A stretch of 64,000 nt of DNA from Octopus vulgaris (taxonomy: Eukaryota). The stretch lies in the NCBI GenBank assembly GCA_951406725.2, contig OX597830.1:58900001-58964000 (forward strand), given 5' to 3'. Positions 1-13,264 of this stretch are shown piece after piece. The first letter of the stretch is position 1. Every line of letters begins with the position of its first letter. The notes below the pieces were generated by a model. The model saw nothing but the letters and a program-made list of their open reading frames with translations. It was not told the DNA's origin and did not search any database. A program made the translations under genes and the position numbers.

Positions 1-448
1 CCTTTAGGTTGTGAGTTCAAATTCCGAAGGTATCAACTTTGTTTACCACCCTTCCGAGTTTGTTAAAAATAAATACTAGCCAGAAACTGAGATCGATATA
101 ATCGATCATACCCAAACCTTGCACCCATATATGAAGACTTGAGCATACAAGAAATCAATATTTGGTACATTTAAAAACGCAAGGTTACAGGAATCGTCGA
201 ACATAGAGTGAAATTCTTTAGAGTATCTGAGTTCATACGAGGATGTTCCCTTCCGTACTTTTGATTTTTAAACTAAATACCAGTAATGTCTTCGAGTATA
301 CTATGTAAAACAGACTCAATACAATGAAAGAGACTAGTCTGTGCCACAAAACATAATTAAACAAGATTTAAAAAAAATATTCCATTAAATTATTCGTTTC
401 TTTCCTCAGTATTTTTCGTCAGTTATATTTCTTTTGAACAAAAATAAT

Positions 449-1032
449 CTTTTCTACTCTAGGCACAAGGCCTAAAATTTTGGAAGATGGGGACAGTCGA
501 TTAGATCGACCTCAGTACGCAACTGGTGCTTAATTTATCGACCCCGAAAGGATGAAAGACTAAGTCGATCTCGGCGGAATTTGAACTCAGAATATAAAGA
601 CAGACGAAATACCGATTTCTTTACTACCCACAAGGAGCTACATACAGAGGGGACAAACAAGGACAGACACACGGATTAAGTTGATTACATCGACCCCAGT
701 GCGTAACTGGTCCTTTTTTTAATCGACCCCGAAAGGATGAAAGGCAAAGTCGACATCATCGGAATTTGAACTCAGAACGTAGCGGCAGACGAAATACTTA
801 TTTCTTTACTATCCACAAGGGTCTAAACACAGAGAGGACAAACAAGGACAGACAAACGGGTTAAGTCGATTATATCGACACTAGTGCGCAACTAGTACTT
901 AATTTATTGACCCCGAAAGGATGAAAGGCAAAGTCGACCTCGGCGGGATTTGGACTCAGAACGTAACGGCAGACGAAATACGGCTACGCACTTCGCCCGA
1001 CGTGCTAACGTTACTGCCAACTCGCCGCCTTT
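449..1032 (-). mobile_element. Tandem trimer of tRNA-derived CORE-type SINE (octopus OR-like)
   Basis: Three successive copies of the CORE motif (CCTTTCATCCTTTCGGGGTCGATAAATTAAGTACC-like, minus strand). The tRNA-like head GGCGGCGAGTTGGCAG is present only on the 800-1030 copy. The array is flanked by direct repeat GAACAAAAATAAT (436-448 / 1034-1046). Confidence 0.85.
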
Positions 1033-1559
1033 CGAACAAAAATAATGCATGAGCTTAATTTAAAGAAATCATCATGTATTGCATGTTTTCGTAATACCAG
1101 ATAAACCTAAGTACAAAAGATAATAAGCTAGTAGCAAATTGTGACTGCGTCATTTGGTGAAATATTTGATAAAATATATTAGTTATAATCACACTATGTA
1201 AATGTATTTAATAGGCGGGCATAGTAGATTAGATAGTAACATTTCAGCGCGTTGAGTAAACGATTTGGTTAATGCAGTTACCTAGAAGTTCTGAGTTCAA
1301 TCTGAAGCAAGGCACTAAAAAAATTCAACTGATGCCAATAACACAGCAACTTAATTCAATAGAAATGCAGCACAAGATATCTGAAGAAGGCTTGGAGTGC
1401 TTCAACAAGTGCAACGTAGTGAAACCATCAATCAAGTTGAGGTCGCCAGTCCGACTAAAGTCGTTTCTCTAGTTCAGTCGTCTTTTGTGTTTTTAAGCAA
1501 AGAAGGAAACAACTGCCGAAAGAGAGAGAGAGCAACTCTACAACATTTGATTCCACTGG

Positions 1560-1790
1560 GAATTTAGTGGGAATTGTGGTCATGAAAGATGAAAGACGAG
1601 ATATAAGACCAATTAAGCACCTGCTGAGATGGTTTGAAAGTCTGGTTTGGTAACTTACAGTTCAAAAGTAGCATGGAGCTTCCGCAGAAAGCTACGTTGC
1701 TTGGAACAGCAAGTATTGTAAGGAAAGTCTTTGAGACCTGAAGCTCAATGAGAAATTATTCCGGTCTTTCACACAGAATAATGAAAATGA
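1560..1790 (+). mobile_element. Degenerate 3' end of R4/Dong-like non-LTR retrotransposon
   Basis: Translates to ...ELPQKATLLGTASIVRKVFET*, matching the C-terminal motif of the RLE ORFs at 47-62 kb (QKTALFETARILQKVLE, QKITLLGTAHILRRTL). Confidence 0.6.
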
Positions 1791-2082
1791 ACAATCTGGT
1801 GTGTAATTATAGGGGAGGCAGGCAGTCAGTAAAATCCATATAAGTTCTACTACTGGCGTTTACTTCCCTAGTTGAGAGTGGATAATGCAAAACTAAGAAA
1901 ATGCGAGCCATTGAAAGATTGGGAAAACTTCCAGCTAATAATTCAACTTGATCAATAGAGGAGCCTAGACTTTCAAGAATCTTCAGGCTGTCTCAAAATT
2001 GAGATTCGTTAAATTTGAATCCACAGTTTATACCTGTCTATCCATTGCCTCTGTCTATCCAATGCCTCTGTATCCATTGCTG

Positions 2083-2150
2083 CTGTCTGTCTGTTTGTCT
2101 GTCTGTCTATCTATCTATCTATCTGTCTATCTATCTATCTACCTACCTAC

Positions 2151-2226
<76 letters not shown>

Positions 2227-2283
2227 ACATATCTGTGTATATATGTATACGCATAACACACACACGCACATATGTACGTGCGT

Positions 2284-2345
<62 letters not shown>
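2083..2345. repeat. (TCTG)n/(TATC)n/(TA)n microsatellites
   Basis: Directly visible simple repeats. Confidence 0.95.
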
Positions 2346-2348
<3 letters not shown>

Positions 2349-3321
2349 GGGTGGTAGTGTATGTATTTGCATAAATAAGCTGCACATTTCAATTTCACTT
2401 CTTCTAGTTTCACGTCTCCGATTGTCAAACAAAATCTGAACAGCGAAACAGAAAGCATTAAAAGGAATATTCAAGAAACGAAAACAAAGAAATCAGTTGA
2501 TTGGATTCTTGTGTAAAGATAAATGCGAACGAATCAAAGTATTTTAACACGAATATAAAAACGAAAATAATTAAAAGATCGATGACATTCAAACCTATTA
2601 AATGAAAGCATATTAAGACATTCACGGAACTTTCATTGACGCCATTCACGCCATTCACAGAACATAACTCAAACACTGTTTGAACGTGATGAACGTGATG
2701 AATAGCCGGATGTGGATTCAGTCGCTTTACCGGAAGTGGATTCAGTCGCTTTGCCTGAATTGTGTCGCTATTTTGGGTTTTTTTTCTTTCCTGATTTCTA
2801 GATAAACGTAAACAAATATTTCTTTTTTTAATATACAATATTCATATATTATATTTATTTTTGCTTATCTTTACATTTACATCTCATCTTATGTTTATCT
2901 GTTAACGGTTTGTAGTTGCATCATCCGATTTTTACAAAATTTGAGGTTGAAAAATATATTACGAAACTCTACATTCAGTTTCGAGTACTCTCATTTTCCC
3001 TTCTTGTCTCTGCATCCCTTGAAGTCTTTGCTTTTAAGTGCTTGCTTTACACACACAAACACATACACACATACGCACACACACGTGTGAATGCACACGC
3101 GTAACAAAGTGAAAGATAACCACTCCTCTCGTATGTATATCTGTATATTATGCGCATGCAGTTAAAAAATAAATGTATAAATATTTATGTATGTATGAAA
3201 CAATGAACATTGGTTGAATATAAGACCCGATGCATTCCCAGAATCTAATATTTATTAGGATTTAATGGACAACTTTAAAAAGGAAACTTTTTTAAAGTCT
3301 TACCAATTATATACACATATC

Positions 3322-3570
3322 AGGTGGAGGGTGTGGAAGCGGTGTTTGACTCATGATCGTAAGATTATGGTTTCGATTCCCTGACTGGGCGACACATTGT
3401 GCTCTTGAGCAAAACACTTAATTTCTCGTTGCTCCTGTCCACTCAGCTGGCAAAAATGAGTGAATCCTGCAAGGGTCTGGCATCCCATCCCGGTGGGGAA
3501 TATATACGCCATGGAAACCGGAAAACCGACTCTCATGAGCCTGGCACGGCTCGAGAGGAAAACACTTTAT
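3322..3570 (+). mobile_element. tRNA-derived SINE with V/Meta-like central domain, degenerate
   Basis: B-box-like GGTTTCGATTCC, then CTGGCATCCCATCCCGGTGGGGAA...GGAAACCGG...ATGAGCCTGGCACGGCTCGAGAGGAA, homologous to 19673-19975. Confidence 0.7.
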
Positions 3571-3579
3571 TTCTTTTCG

Positions 3580-3786
3580 CTTATCTTTTATTTTTTCCTA
3601 GTTTCAGCCATTAGATTGTGACCATGCTAAAAATTTAGTCGAACGAATCGACTCCAGTACATATTTTTGTGTTTTCTTTTAAACCTGGTATTAATTATAT
3701 CTATTTCTTTTGTCGAACCACTAAATTATAGGGACGTAAACATACCAACACTTGTCGTCGAGAGGTGTTGGGACACACGCACACAT

Positions 3787-3847
<61 letters not shown>

Positions 3848-3881
3848 AACCTATATATATATAACAAAGTGGAGTTGCAAG

Positions 3882-3937
<56 letters not shown>

Positions 3938-4042
3938 GACGGGGTTCTTTCAGTTTCCGTGTACCAAATGTATTCACAAAGCTTTGTCACATAATGAGAC
4001 TGAATCCAGAACCATTTGGTCATGAAGCAAACTTCTTGCAAC
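3580..4042 (-). mobile_element. tRNA-derived SINE with internal (TA)n tract (family B)
   Basis: Homologous to 4735-5140: CTTTCAGTTTCCGT, GGGACGTAAACA and GACCATGCT motifs. Confidence 0.75.
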
Positions 4043-4696
4043 ACACGGTTATGTCTGTGCCTATTTCTTTTCGTTTAGAAGATAAAATTTGAAGAAATGA
4101 AGATAGGAATGTAGGTTCATAAATGTATATATGTATATACACGCATGCAGAGACAGAGCGGGGGAGGATGAGTTGCATAGGTCTATATTGAGCCATATGA
4201 CACGATTGAAACCTAAAAAGATATGAGGGAAAATGTTCAGATCCTAGACAGTGTGTGTGTGTTTAGGGAGGTTTAAATGTAAACGAATTTGAAGTCTGAT
4301 GTCGGGGTAGCAGTGTCGGTGTTCTTACATATCCATTACGCAGGTAACAAGATGCGTTAGTTGGCTTCGTAGAGCTTTCAGAACGCATTCGACCATGATC
4401 TAAGGACAAATTTTCACTCGTGTTTACAATTTTCTAGTATATCTGGTTTTAAATTAATGTAGACATCTTGTTGCTTTCTTTGGGAAAAAAATCACTTCTA
4501 ATATTTTAGGCTTATATTATGAAAATAGCTTAACCACTTCCAATGATGCTACAGGATAGACATACTAGACAGAATCAGGAAGAACGTGATCCAAACCTTC
4601 AGTAATTTAGAGCTAAAATTCACTATAGTGAGATTTTAGAGTGCTTTCCATTAGCTCCCAAATATACATACATACATACATACATACATACATACA

Positions 4697-4729
<33 letters not shown>

Positions 4730-4734
4730 GTGGA

Positions 4735-4891
4735 TGTGTGGTAAGTAGCTTGCTAACCAACCACATGGTTCCGGGTTCAATCCCACTGCGTGGCATCTTG
4801 GGCAAGTGTCTTCTGCTATAGCCCCGGCCCGACCAATGCCTTGTGAGTGGATTTGGTAGACGGAAACTGAAAGAAGCCTGTCGTATATATG

Positions 4892-4924
<33 letters not shown>

Positions 4925-5140
4925 TTGTGTGTCTGTGTTTGTCCCCCTAGCATTGCTTGACAACCGATCCTGGTGTGTTTATGTCCCCGTCACTTAGCGG
5001 TTCGGCAAAAGAGACCAATAGAATAAGTACTGGGCTTACAAAGAATAAGTCCTGGGGTCGATTTGCTCGACTAAAGGCGGTGCTCCAGCATGGCCGCAGT
5101 CAAATGACTGAAACAAGTAAAAGAGTAAAGAGTAAAGAGT
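4735..5140 (+). mobile_element. tRNA-derived SINE family B, near full length, internal (TA)n(TG)n
   Basis: A/B-box-like head TGTGGTAAGTAGCTTGC...GGTTCAATCCC, body GGGCAAGTGTCTTCTGCTATAGCC, tail CAGCATGGCCGCAGTCAAATGACTGAAACAAG(TAAAGAG)n. Confidence 0.85.
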
Positions 5141-5484
5141 ATATGGTTGTCCTAGAAGGAACGTTGTTACTGTTCATTAACCCCAAGAAGCATCGTTTCT
5201 AGCTGGCTATACGACACACTGTGTCCTTATATTTTCGAAATCTAAATATTCGAACCGTGAATTCAGCAGCGCCATCTGGCCAAGCAGCTACTCTGTGTTG
5301 ATAAAGGGCATTAACCCTGAAACTAGTCCACAGATGTTGCTTTGTGCCAGGTGGGGATGCTGAATTCCTTGTTCGAAAATATACAATGACACAGATAGTG
5401 ACTCGTACAGCCAGCTAGAAACGATGAAACGCTGTTTCTTGAAGCTAAGGAATAGTAACAACATCCTTTCCAGGACAGCCATAT
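5141..5484. mobile_element. Fold-back element (~125 bp imperfect inverted arms) enclosing a hammerhead motif
   Basis: ATATGGTTGTCCTAGAAGGA... at 5141 pairs with ...TCCTTTCCAGGACAGCCATAT at 5484; CATCGTTTCTAGCTGGCT pairs with AGCCAGCTAGAAACGATG. The arms resemble the unit at 10.8 and 13.4 kb. Confidence 0.8.
5292..5334 (+). ncRNA. Minimal type I hammerhead ribozyme motif, degenerate
   Basis: TCTGTG-TTGATAA-AGGG[CATTAA]CCCT-GAAA-CTAG-TC-CACAGA. Stem I is 6 bp, stem II is 4 bp and stem III is palindromic (ACTAGT). The core has two substitutions relative to CTGATGA. Confidence 0.7.
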
Positions 5485-5572
5485 TATGTTGGCAGTTATC
5501 TTTTACTTTAAAGAATTGTTACGGAATGTCTCTCTCTCTCTCTCTCTGAGAGTTTTAGAAATAATAGTATTC

Positions 5573-5613
<41 letters not shown>

Positions 5614-5702
5614 TTGAAATTTACAAAAAAAAAAAAAGACGAAGACAGGTGTATAATCAACAAGCAGGTGTATTAGTTTGACGCTCAGGAAGATGAGAAA
5701 GT

Positions 5703-5738
5703 CTTTTATGTTTCGAGCCTACGCTCTTCAACAGAAAG
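5703..5738 (-). ncRNA. Hammerhead-like motif in a Penelope-type terminal repeat fragment (~5610-5750)
   Basis: Minus strand reads CTTT-CTGTTGA-A-GAGC[GTAG]GCTC-GAAAC-ATA-AAAG. Stems I and II pair; the core is variant. Confidence 0.55.
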
Positions 5739-6902
5739 GAACTCAAGGAATACATATATTTAGAAAATAATGTGTTTATCTCTGCAGCGAATAAACTAGA
5801 AAGTTAAATACATGCACAGAGACACTCATATATAATGAAGTAGAGTCTAATATAGTTAATCGAGAGATCCGAAATAATTTTTTTAATTATTTAAAATTAC
5901 ATCTATAATGAACAAAATTCTTCAAGGCGCTGCCCCAGTATGGCCACACTCCAATGACAGAAAGAAGTAAGAAATAAAAAAGGACAAATAAAGCTGTTGT
6001 CATTAAAATATTTATTAATCTTCTTAAGTCATGAACGTTATTCAATGAAATCCATTAAGTCTTTCTCATCTAAAACTCGAAATAAAATGTCCACGTAACA
6101 GGAAAGGAATTTTAAACTAATTATAGATAGAGATTGATTTGAATTTAAGACTGGTAAGATAACTGTAATTATAAATGTTTCCATTTGCCCATAACACGAA
6201 AAAAAAACGGCCAATAAAACTTTCAATTAATGCAAAATTCTTTCTAAAAAAACTACCGAAGAACCATAACAAAAAAAACCCAAAAAACAGTTAAATACTT
6301 AGATTAATGGAAACTGTCATCTTCAGCAGTCATTATAATGTAACAGTATAACATCCAATATAATAATTACTGCTTTCTGCTAATTGCTAATCAATATCAG
6401 TAAATTAAGTTCTTATCGTCAAGCAGTCATAACGGAAAAGCCATTTTTAATCCAACCAATCACTTGTTTATGGGATTAGTGGACCAGCTCTAAATGTAGC
6501 TACTGGGACGCCTTATTCCGTGCTTTTCCTTTCTAGAGACGATTTCAAAAGAGTTACAAAGCTCCGTCGTTGGATTGTGGATAACAAAAACAAATTGATA
6601 TTTTAAACTTGAAAAAAGTCTTGCATGTTTTTACTGTTCCAATTACAGATTGCAGTATGTATGTCTCTTCTACTTTTTAATTATTATAAATCTTCCACTG
6701 AGAAAGGAGCCAGTTTCCAACAAAGTTACAAGGCTCCATCTTTGGGATGTAATTAACACAAATTCATATTTGGAACTTGAGAAATGTCTTACATCTTTTT
6801 ACTGTTCCACTCACATCTTGCACTTGTAATGTATGAATCAGCCGGTCGATTTCTCTTTCTGAAAATCCCAGTTTATCCAGATTTTCCAAAACCTAGTGCT
6901 CC

Positions 6903-6903
<1 letters not shown>

Positions 6904-6933
<30 letters not shown>

Positions 6934-7035
6934 TGTATGTATGTATGTATGTATGTATGTATGTATGTATGTATGTATGTATGTATGTATGTATGTATGT
7001 GTGTGTGTATGTATGTGTGTGTGTATGTATGTATG

Positions 7036-7069
<34 letters not shown>

Positions 7070-7112
7070 TGTATGTATGTATGTATGTATGTATGTATGT
7101 ATTTATGTATGT
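6904..7112. repeat. (TATG)n microsatellite
   Basis: Directly visible. Confidence 0.95.
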
Positions 7113-7365
7113 ACCTGTTCCACTCCAATTAAAATTTTTATTCGCATATTTAGCAGCATTAGTGGCTAACAGTGAGCTGTATAGAAATTAGCTTATCGAA
7201 TTTCTTCGCAGCATCGATATGGGAAAAGTGTGTAACATTTGACGCCAATAATTATTTATTTCTTCTCATCGTACACCGTCCACTTTTTGTTCTTTACACC
7301 TGCCACTCACTGCTTCAAGCTTACAAACTTCCTATACTCGGATCCCCAGATAGTAAATATATATA

Positions 7366-8140
7366 CAGGGTGCGATGGGTAAATGTCGCCATATCATATT
7401 TTGAATTTCGTGCATGCGCATTGTTTTTGATTTTGTCGATTACACAGTATAGTAGGGTCAGTTTGGCACCGTCTGCCAGAAATTTGGAAACGACATGCTG
7501 TACTGCTTGGCATTTACTCCGGAAGCTCCAATACGAACATTTCAGAGAGCTTGTGTGTTAATCTGAGGATATGTACCGAGAAGGATAAAAATCAAACGTC
7601 CAGTCAACATCATGGTGTTTGGAATGATCACTAGTGATGGCGATGTTATGCCCCCATTCATCTTCTCACATGATATCAGGCTCAACATAGAGGCCCTGGG
7701 TCAAGGGGGTGACTGCTGGAAGACCCTATGTCTGATTGCAGGACTCTGCACCAGGCCACACAAGCTGGATAACCCATTCTTGGCTGTCAGACAATTTCTG
7801 CAACCACACCACTCCTAACGTCTGGTCACTTAACTCCCCAGACTGCAACCCCCTTGATTATTATGTGTGGGGCACAATTGAGCGAGAGACCAACAAAACT
7901 CTTTGTAACACCAAAGATGAACTGAAGGCAAGACTTATGGCAGCATTGACCAACTTAAACCAGGAGAGCGTCCAGAAGAGTTGCAGGAGATTCCGAAGTC
8001 GTCTGGGAGGCCGTGGTTGGAGCCAATGGCGGTTTTATAGAATAAATTGACTCTTTAGTATTTCAAATCTGTTAAAATGAGATGTCAGTGTTATTTTCAT
8101 TTTTGCGTAATTTAGATGACAGTTTATTCCCCGCACCCTG
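7366..8140 (+). mobile_element. Internally deleted Tc1/mariner-superfamily transposon, maT (DD37D) type
   Basis: Terminal inverted repeats CAGGGTGCGATGGGTAAA / TTTATTCCCCGCACCCTG, flanked by TA. Remnant ORFs read MVFGMITSDG...PPFIF and QDSAPGH...SPDCNPLDYYVWG, with 37 residues between the second and third catalytic Asp. Confidence 0.88.
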
Positions 8141-8817
8141 TATGTATGTATGTATGTATGTATGTATGTATGTATGTATGTATGTATGTATGTATGTATG
8201 TATGTATGTATGTATGTATGTATGTATGTATGTGTGTATGTGTGTATATGTGTATGTATGTATGTATGTGTGTATGTGTGTATATGTGTATGTATGTATG
8301 TATGTGTGTATGTGTGTATATGTGTATGTATGTATGTATGTGTGTATGTATGTATGTATGTGTGTATGTATGTATGTGTGTGTGTATGTATGTATGTATG
8401 TATGTATGTGTGTATGTATGTGTGTGTGTATGTATTGTGTGTGTATGTATGTATGTATGTATGTATGTATGTATGTATGTATGTGTGTATGTATGTATGT
8501 ATGTGTGTATGTATGTATGTGTGTATGTATGTATGTATGTATGTATGTATGTATGTGTGTATGTATGTGTGTGTATGTATGTGTGTGTGTATGTATGTGT
8601 GTGTATGTATGTATGTATGTATGTATGTATGTGTGTATGTATCTATGTATGTATGTATGTATGTATGTATGTATGTATGTATGTATGTATGTATGTATGT
8701 ATGTATGTATGTATGTATGTATTTATGTATGTATGTATGTATGTATGTATGTATGTATGTGTGTGTGTATGTATGTATTTATGTATGTATGTATGTATAT
8801 ATATATAGTGTGTGTGT
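8141..8817. repeat. Long (TATG)n/(TG)n compound microsatellite
   Basis: Directly visible. Confidence 0.95.
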
Positions 8818-9639
8818 AACACTTGAAAGGAAAACAACTGTCATGAGGTTTCGAACGCCAGTTTTTCTTCAGAAGGAAAAAAAATGAAAGGAAGTAAGAA
8901 GAGAGCAAGAGAGAGAGAGAGAGGAAGAGGGGCGAGACAGAGAAAGGAGGAGAGAGAGAGGGAAGAGAGAGAAAGAGAAAGTGGAAGTGAGTGTGCGAAA
9001 AAATTAGAATGATGGAGTATTTGGGGGAAAAGGGTGCGGGAAGGTGAAAGATTGAGAGCGCCAGGGAATATCATTCTATCAAGGGAGGTGGGATGGGTGT
9101 GTAGATGTGAGAGAGCCTGTAGGGTGGGGGTGGGGATGGTCTTTGTGCGAGTGTTTAGTGCGGTGTGCGTGTGTGTGTGTGTAGAGGCGTGTGCCGGTGT
9201 AAATTTGGCGGCGTCAGGTGTGAGCGTGTGAGAGATATCAGTTTGTAATTGAGTTTGGTGAGTAGCATGAAAGCGCGTGTTTGAGAGACGGTGCGTGTGT
9301 GTGCAAGTGAATATGTCGAAAATAAAGTGTAGGCCGGTGTGGAGAGATTGAAAGTGTGTGTGTGCGGTGAACGATGGTGTGAGTGTATGTGTGTGTGTAT
9401 GTGTGTGTCAGTGTGTGTGTATGTGTGTGTGTGCGTGTGCGTGTGTGTGTGCGTGTGTGTGTATAATTCAAAAACATGTAATAGTGGAAGAAATGGGGAC
9501 TTCACTGAAATTAATGTGTAAAGTGGGAAGTGTTGCTGAAAAACAAAAAAAAAAAGATATTCCTTGTGGGGTCGTGCGTTAGAAAGAAATTACGAAGAGA
9601 GGAAAAATTTAAGCCCGAGAAGTTTAAATCCAAGTCTAA

Positions 9640-9765
9640 GAATGCCTTTTATCCTTTCGGAGTCTATAAAATAAGTACGAGTTGAGTACTGGGTTCAATG
9701 TAATCGTCTAGCCCCTTTCCCCAAAAATTTTGGGGTTTGTGCTTATATTAGAAAGGAATTTTAAT
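9640..9765 (+). mobile_element. CORE-SINE 3' fragment
   Basis: GCCTTTTATCCTTTCGGAGTCTATAAAATAAGTAC...TTGTGCTTATATTAGAAAGG. Confidence 0.65.
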
Positions 9766-10773
9766 AGGCTTTCTTCAAAACATACACGGAAAATCTGTTT
9801 TTACTCCAAATTGCATTCTGCACGTAAGCCTGGTCGCATGATGACACTCTGTACTCGACCCCAAAATGGGTTCACCTCCGTTGAAGATGTAGTATATATT
9901 GAGGAAGTTGCAAATAGGTTCTGTACGACTTTCGATGAGTTCTGTACGAAAGAAAAGGATGAAAGACTAGGTTCTTTTCACACAAGAGAGTTTGAGCGAT
10001 CTGGTGAGGCAATTAGAACCGTCAAGAGACGAAGTAGAAATTCCTAACTCTTTCTGGACAGAAAGACACTTTACGTGAAGAAAATGAAGTAATGAGTTGC
10101 TGTCGAAAGCGAAATTTTGATTCAACAATTCATTTCAAAGTGGATGGTCTCCGCTCCTAGTAACTATGATAATGATCGTTTTGCAAGTTTATTTCAAGGT
10201 CACGCTATAAGCAACTTAAAACTAAACAGTCATCAGCATGAAATTTAAAAAAATGTTTTATTGCATTAAGAAAATTAAAAACTGTTTAAGCTCATCGCTT
10301 ATTTGCTATATTTAAATGAATTTTCTATGAACGTGAGGCGCTTTTTATTTCAATATAACGAGCTTCAATAGAATCTCTGAGGTTATCTTAACCCTGTTAG
10401 GTGCAACGTCTTTGCTGGATTCCTAGTAAAATGGTAATGGAACAACAAACATAAACAAATAGCTTCTACCGATTCTGTCCATTAGTTTGTCTGGAATCGT
10501 TATTCTTGAACTGTATATACAACTATTTATCTTTCTGCTCAGAAGCCAAGTGGAAGGTAGAGTTAGACACCGAGTCCTAGATCTGAGAGGGTTAAAATAA
10601 TTATTACGCTAATGAGCATGTAAAGAGGATTCACTAATCACTGATGCTTTCCATGTCTGTGGGACAGCCATAGGAATTATTACAGAATAGAGAGACCAAC
10701 CGACTCATCATATATGAAGAATTAACATTCAATGAGTTCCCTTGCTGGATATGATGAAAATATTCTTATTATT

Positions 10774-11172
10774 GAAATAATACATTTCTAAATCTCTCAG
10801 CGACATTTATGCAGTAGCAGCACGATAACATGATAGTATGTGGTCAACTTAATGTGGCAGTCCCATGAAAGGGAAGAATGCTACTGTTATTTAGCCCCAT
10901 GAAACATCGTTTCCTGTTGGCCATGACACATTTTCTGTGTCCTTATGTTTTCAAAGTGGAGATAAGGACCTCCACCCAGCAGAGCCAGCATCTAGAGACT
11001 AGATTCAGAGTCATTGCTCATTATCAGTCTGGAGTAGCATGGCTTGCTACCTGGAGATGCTTGTTCTTCCCTTTCATCGGACTGTCACATTAAGTTGACA
11101 ACATACCATCATTCTATCGTGCTGCTACTGCATAAATCTCTCTGAGAAATTTAGAAATGTATTATTTCTATT
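10774..11172 (-). mobile_element. Fold-back element (~105 bp inverted arms) with internal hammerhead motif
   Basis: AATAATACATTTCTAAAT...ATGAAAGGGAAGAA (10777-10878) is the reverse complement of TTCTTCCCTTTCAT...TTTAGAAATGTATTATT (11064-11167). Confidence 0.85.
10991..11033 (-). ncRNA. Minimal type I hammerhead motif, mutated paralogue of 13285-13327
   Basis: Minus strand reads TCCAGA-CTGATAA-TGAG[CAATGA]CTCT-GAAT-CTAG-TC-TCTAGA. Confidence 0.7.
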
Positions 11173-11224
11173 TTCGAAATCAGTGAATATATATATTTCA
11201 AGTGAATGTATTTCACTTGAAATA

Positions 11225-13264
11225 TATATGTTTTCAAAGGTGAATAGGCATCGACAGCTACGAAGCCACGCCTTTTTGTTGTTTTTGGGGAGTGGTCTAG
11301 CCGAATTGTTTTTTTGTTTTTTTTATTTTGCAAAGCCGCCATTGTTGGGTGGTAGTGAAACAATTGAAAAAATGAAGAGTTACGCGGAAGCTACTGGAGG
11401 TCGAGATGCTGTAGACCCACGTATGCTGAAGCCGATGAGCATGGAGCGGAATGAAGGGAAGATAGCAAAATAATATGGCATGATAAAAAAAAGAAGGGTC
11501 AAACATAAAAACGATCCTGCCTGAGGAGGAAAAAAGAAAAATGGAAAGCAGGAAGGTGATATTTAGAACATTTTCGAGTGAAAATAGGAGAATAGAACAC
11601 GCGTCGCATGAAGAGAGAGGAAATCTTGAAGGAACGAATGGGTAAAGGGATAACTTTCTTTACAAGAGGAAGGAAATACGCGACTATAATAGTAACCTTT
11701 GCATCAGAAGAGGAGGCGAAAATGAATGACAAGAGACTGATACTGGGAGAGAAGTGGACGTTGATGCCGAACTGTTTGGGCAAAAGAATCGTCAGGGTCA
11801 GGGTGGGAAGAATCCTACCGCCGATAGACCCCGAATTGGTAATAGTCGCAATTTTTAATTCAGAGCTGGTGAAGGGAAGTGAAAGCCTGGAGATTTGCAT
11901 AGTAAGCAGAACTCAACAATTGAATTGATGGGGGCATGGTATTGAAGTAATTTGCGCGGTAAGGCCAGAATATTACTACGAAATGGTGGAAACTGTGGAA
12001 TTACCAAACGGTTAAAGATTGGAAGTAATGTTGGAGGAGGGACCCCCAAAAGGTTACGGATACGGTGAAAGAGGGTACCTGAGAAGGGAATGACCTAGAG
12101 CAGCAGTAGAAATGGTGGAAGAGAGTTTCAGGGAGATATAGTGGTGGAAAAAAAGCAGAAGCTGAGAACAGAATATGATGGGAATTTGGCGGAGGTAAAA
12201 CCCAGGAAAAGAGAGAGAGAAGAAAGTCACCGATGACAGTGGAAGTGAAGAAGTGTGAAGGATTGGATGAAGAAACTCAGCCCATGACGAGAAACAGAAA
12301 GTGGAAGTAACAGCAAAGGAATTAAGAGGAAAGAGTCGTGCAAACCAGAAACAAGACAACCCAGAATTACGGAAACCTAAAGACATAGGCACACAAACGA
12401 AACACGTAGAGTTGCAGTCAAACGAACACACAGACGCACAAATACGAGAACACACAGACACACCAATACACGAACACACAGACTTAGAGACGGAAATACA
12501 AGAACCTATAAAACAGCAGGAAAACAGGAGCAAAAAGAGACAACATGAAAAGCACAAACGAAAAGAAAATTATAGTGAGATAGGACGGCGAGCTGGCAGA
12601 ATCGTTAGCACGCCGGGCGAGATGTGTAGCCGTATTTCGTCTGTCGTTACGTTCCGAGTTCAAATTCCGCCGAGGTCGACTTTGCCTTTCATCCTTTCGG
12701 GGTCGATAAATTAAGTACCAGTTACGCACTGGGGTCGATATAATCGACTTAATCCGTTTGCCTGTCCTTTTTTGTCCCCTCTGTGTTTAACCCCTTGTGG
12801 GTAGTAAAGAAATATATAGTGAGATAGGACACCCCAACTTAAAAGGAGTGTAAAATTGAAAGACAGTGTGAGAGATAGAAGTGGCAAGTCATTATAATTT
12901 TGTAAAGACTGTAACTGAGAGAAATGATTGTTTGAACTTTTTAGGAAAAAAAAAGGAAAAAATAATGTAAATTTTGAAACTGTTAAATGAACAGGTTTCC
13001 TAAAGTTTTTTGAAACATTTGGTTCTCTTTTAATTTAAAAAAAAGGAAAAAAAATAAGTAAGGACTGTATGAACATTGGTTTAAAAGGTTTGTAATGTAG
13101 GGTAAAAGCGAAGAGGGAAGTCGCGGTTTCGCCTCGGAGCGATGCTAAAGGTTGAGTAAAAGTTAATTGTAAATATATTCATATCACATTCATCCTTCAT
13201 ATGTTTTATGTTCCCGCATGTCTTTGTATGTCCCATTTGTAATTAGGCCCTGTAATAAAGAATC
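11225..13264 (+). mobile_element. Tx1/L1-clade-like element carrying only a decayed ORF1 (gag-like)
   Basis: ORF pieces MKSYAEATGG, FFTRGRKYATIIVTFASEE and a decayed zinc knuckle (PKGYGYGERGYLRRE*). Homologous to ORF1 at 39.98-40.92 kb (TRGRKFATVEVRFASE). AT-rich 3' region ends at AATAAA (~13254); no RT is seen. Confidence 0.7.
12584..12814 (+). mobile_element. Full-length CORE-SINE inserted in the ORF1 element
   Basis: Complete head, CORE domain and tail; target-site duplication TATAGTGAGATAG on both sides. Confidence 0.92.

Noticed and set aside
2705-2758. 24-bp direct repeat (CCGGA.GTGGATTCAGTCGCTTT) as CRISPR-like
   Set aside because: Only two adjacent copies, no spacers, no cas genes, and a eukaryotic context.
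6784-8887. (MYVC)n, (YI)n and (HT)n ORFs here and at 14, 24-27 and 30-31 kb
   Set aside because: Artefacts of (TATG)n, (TA)n and (CA)n repeats.
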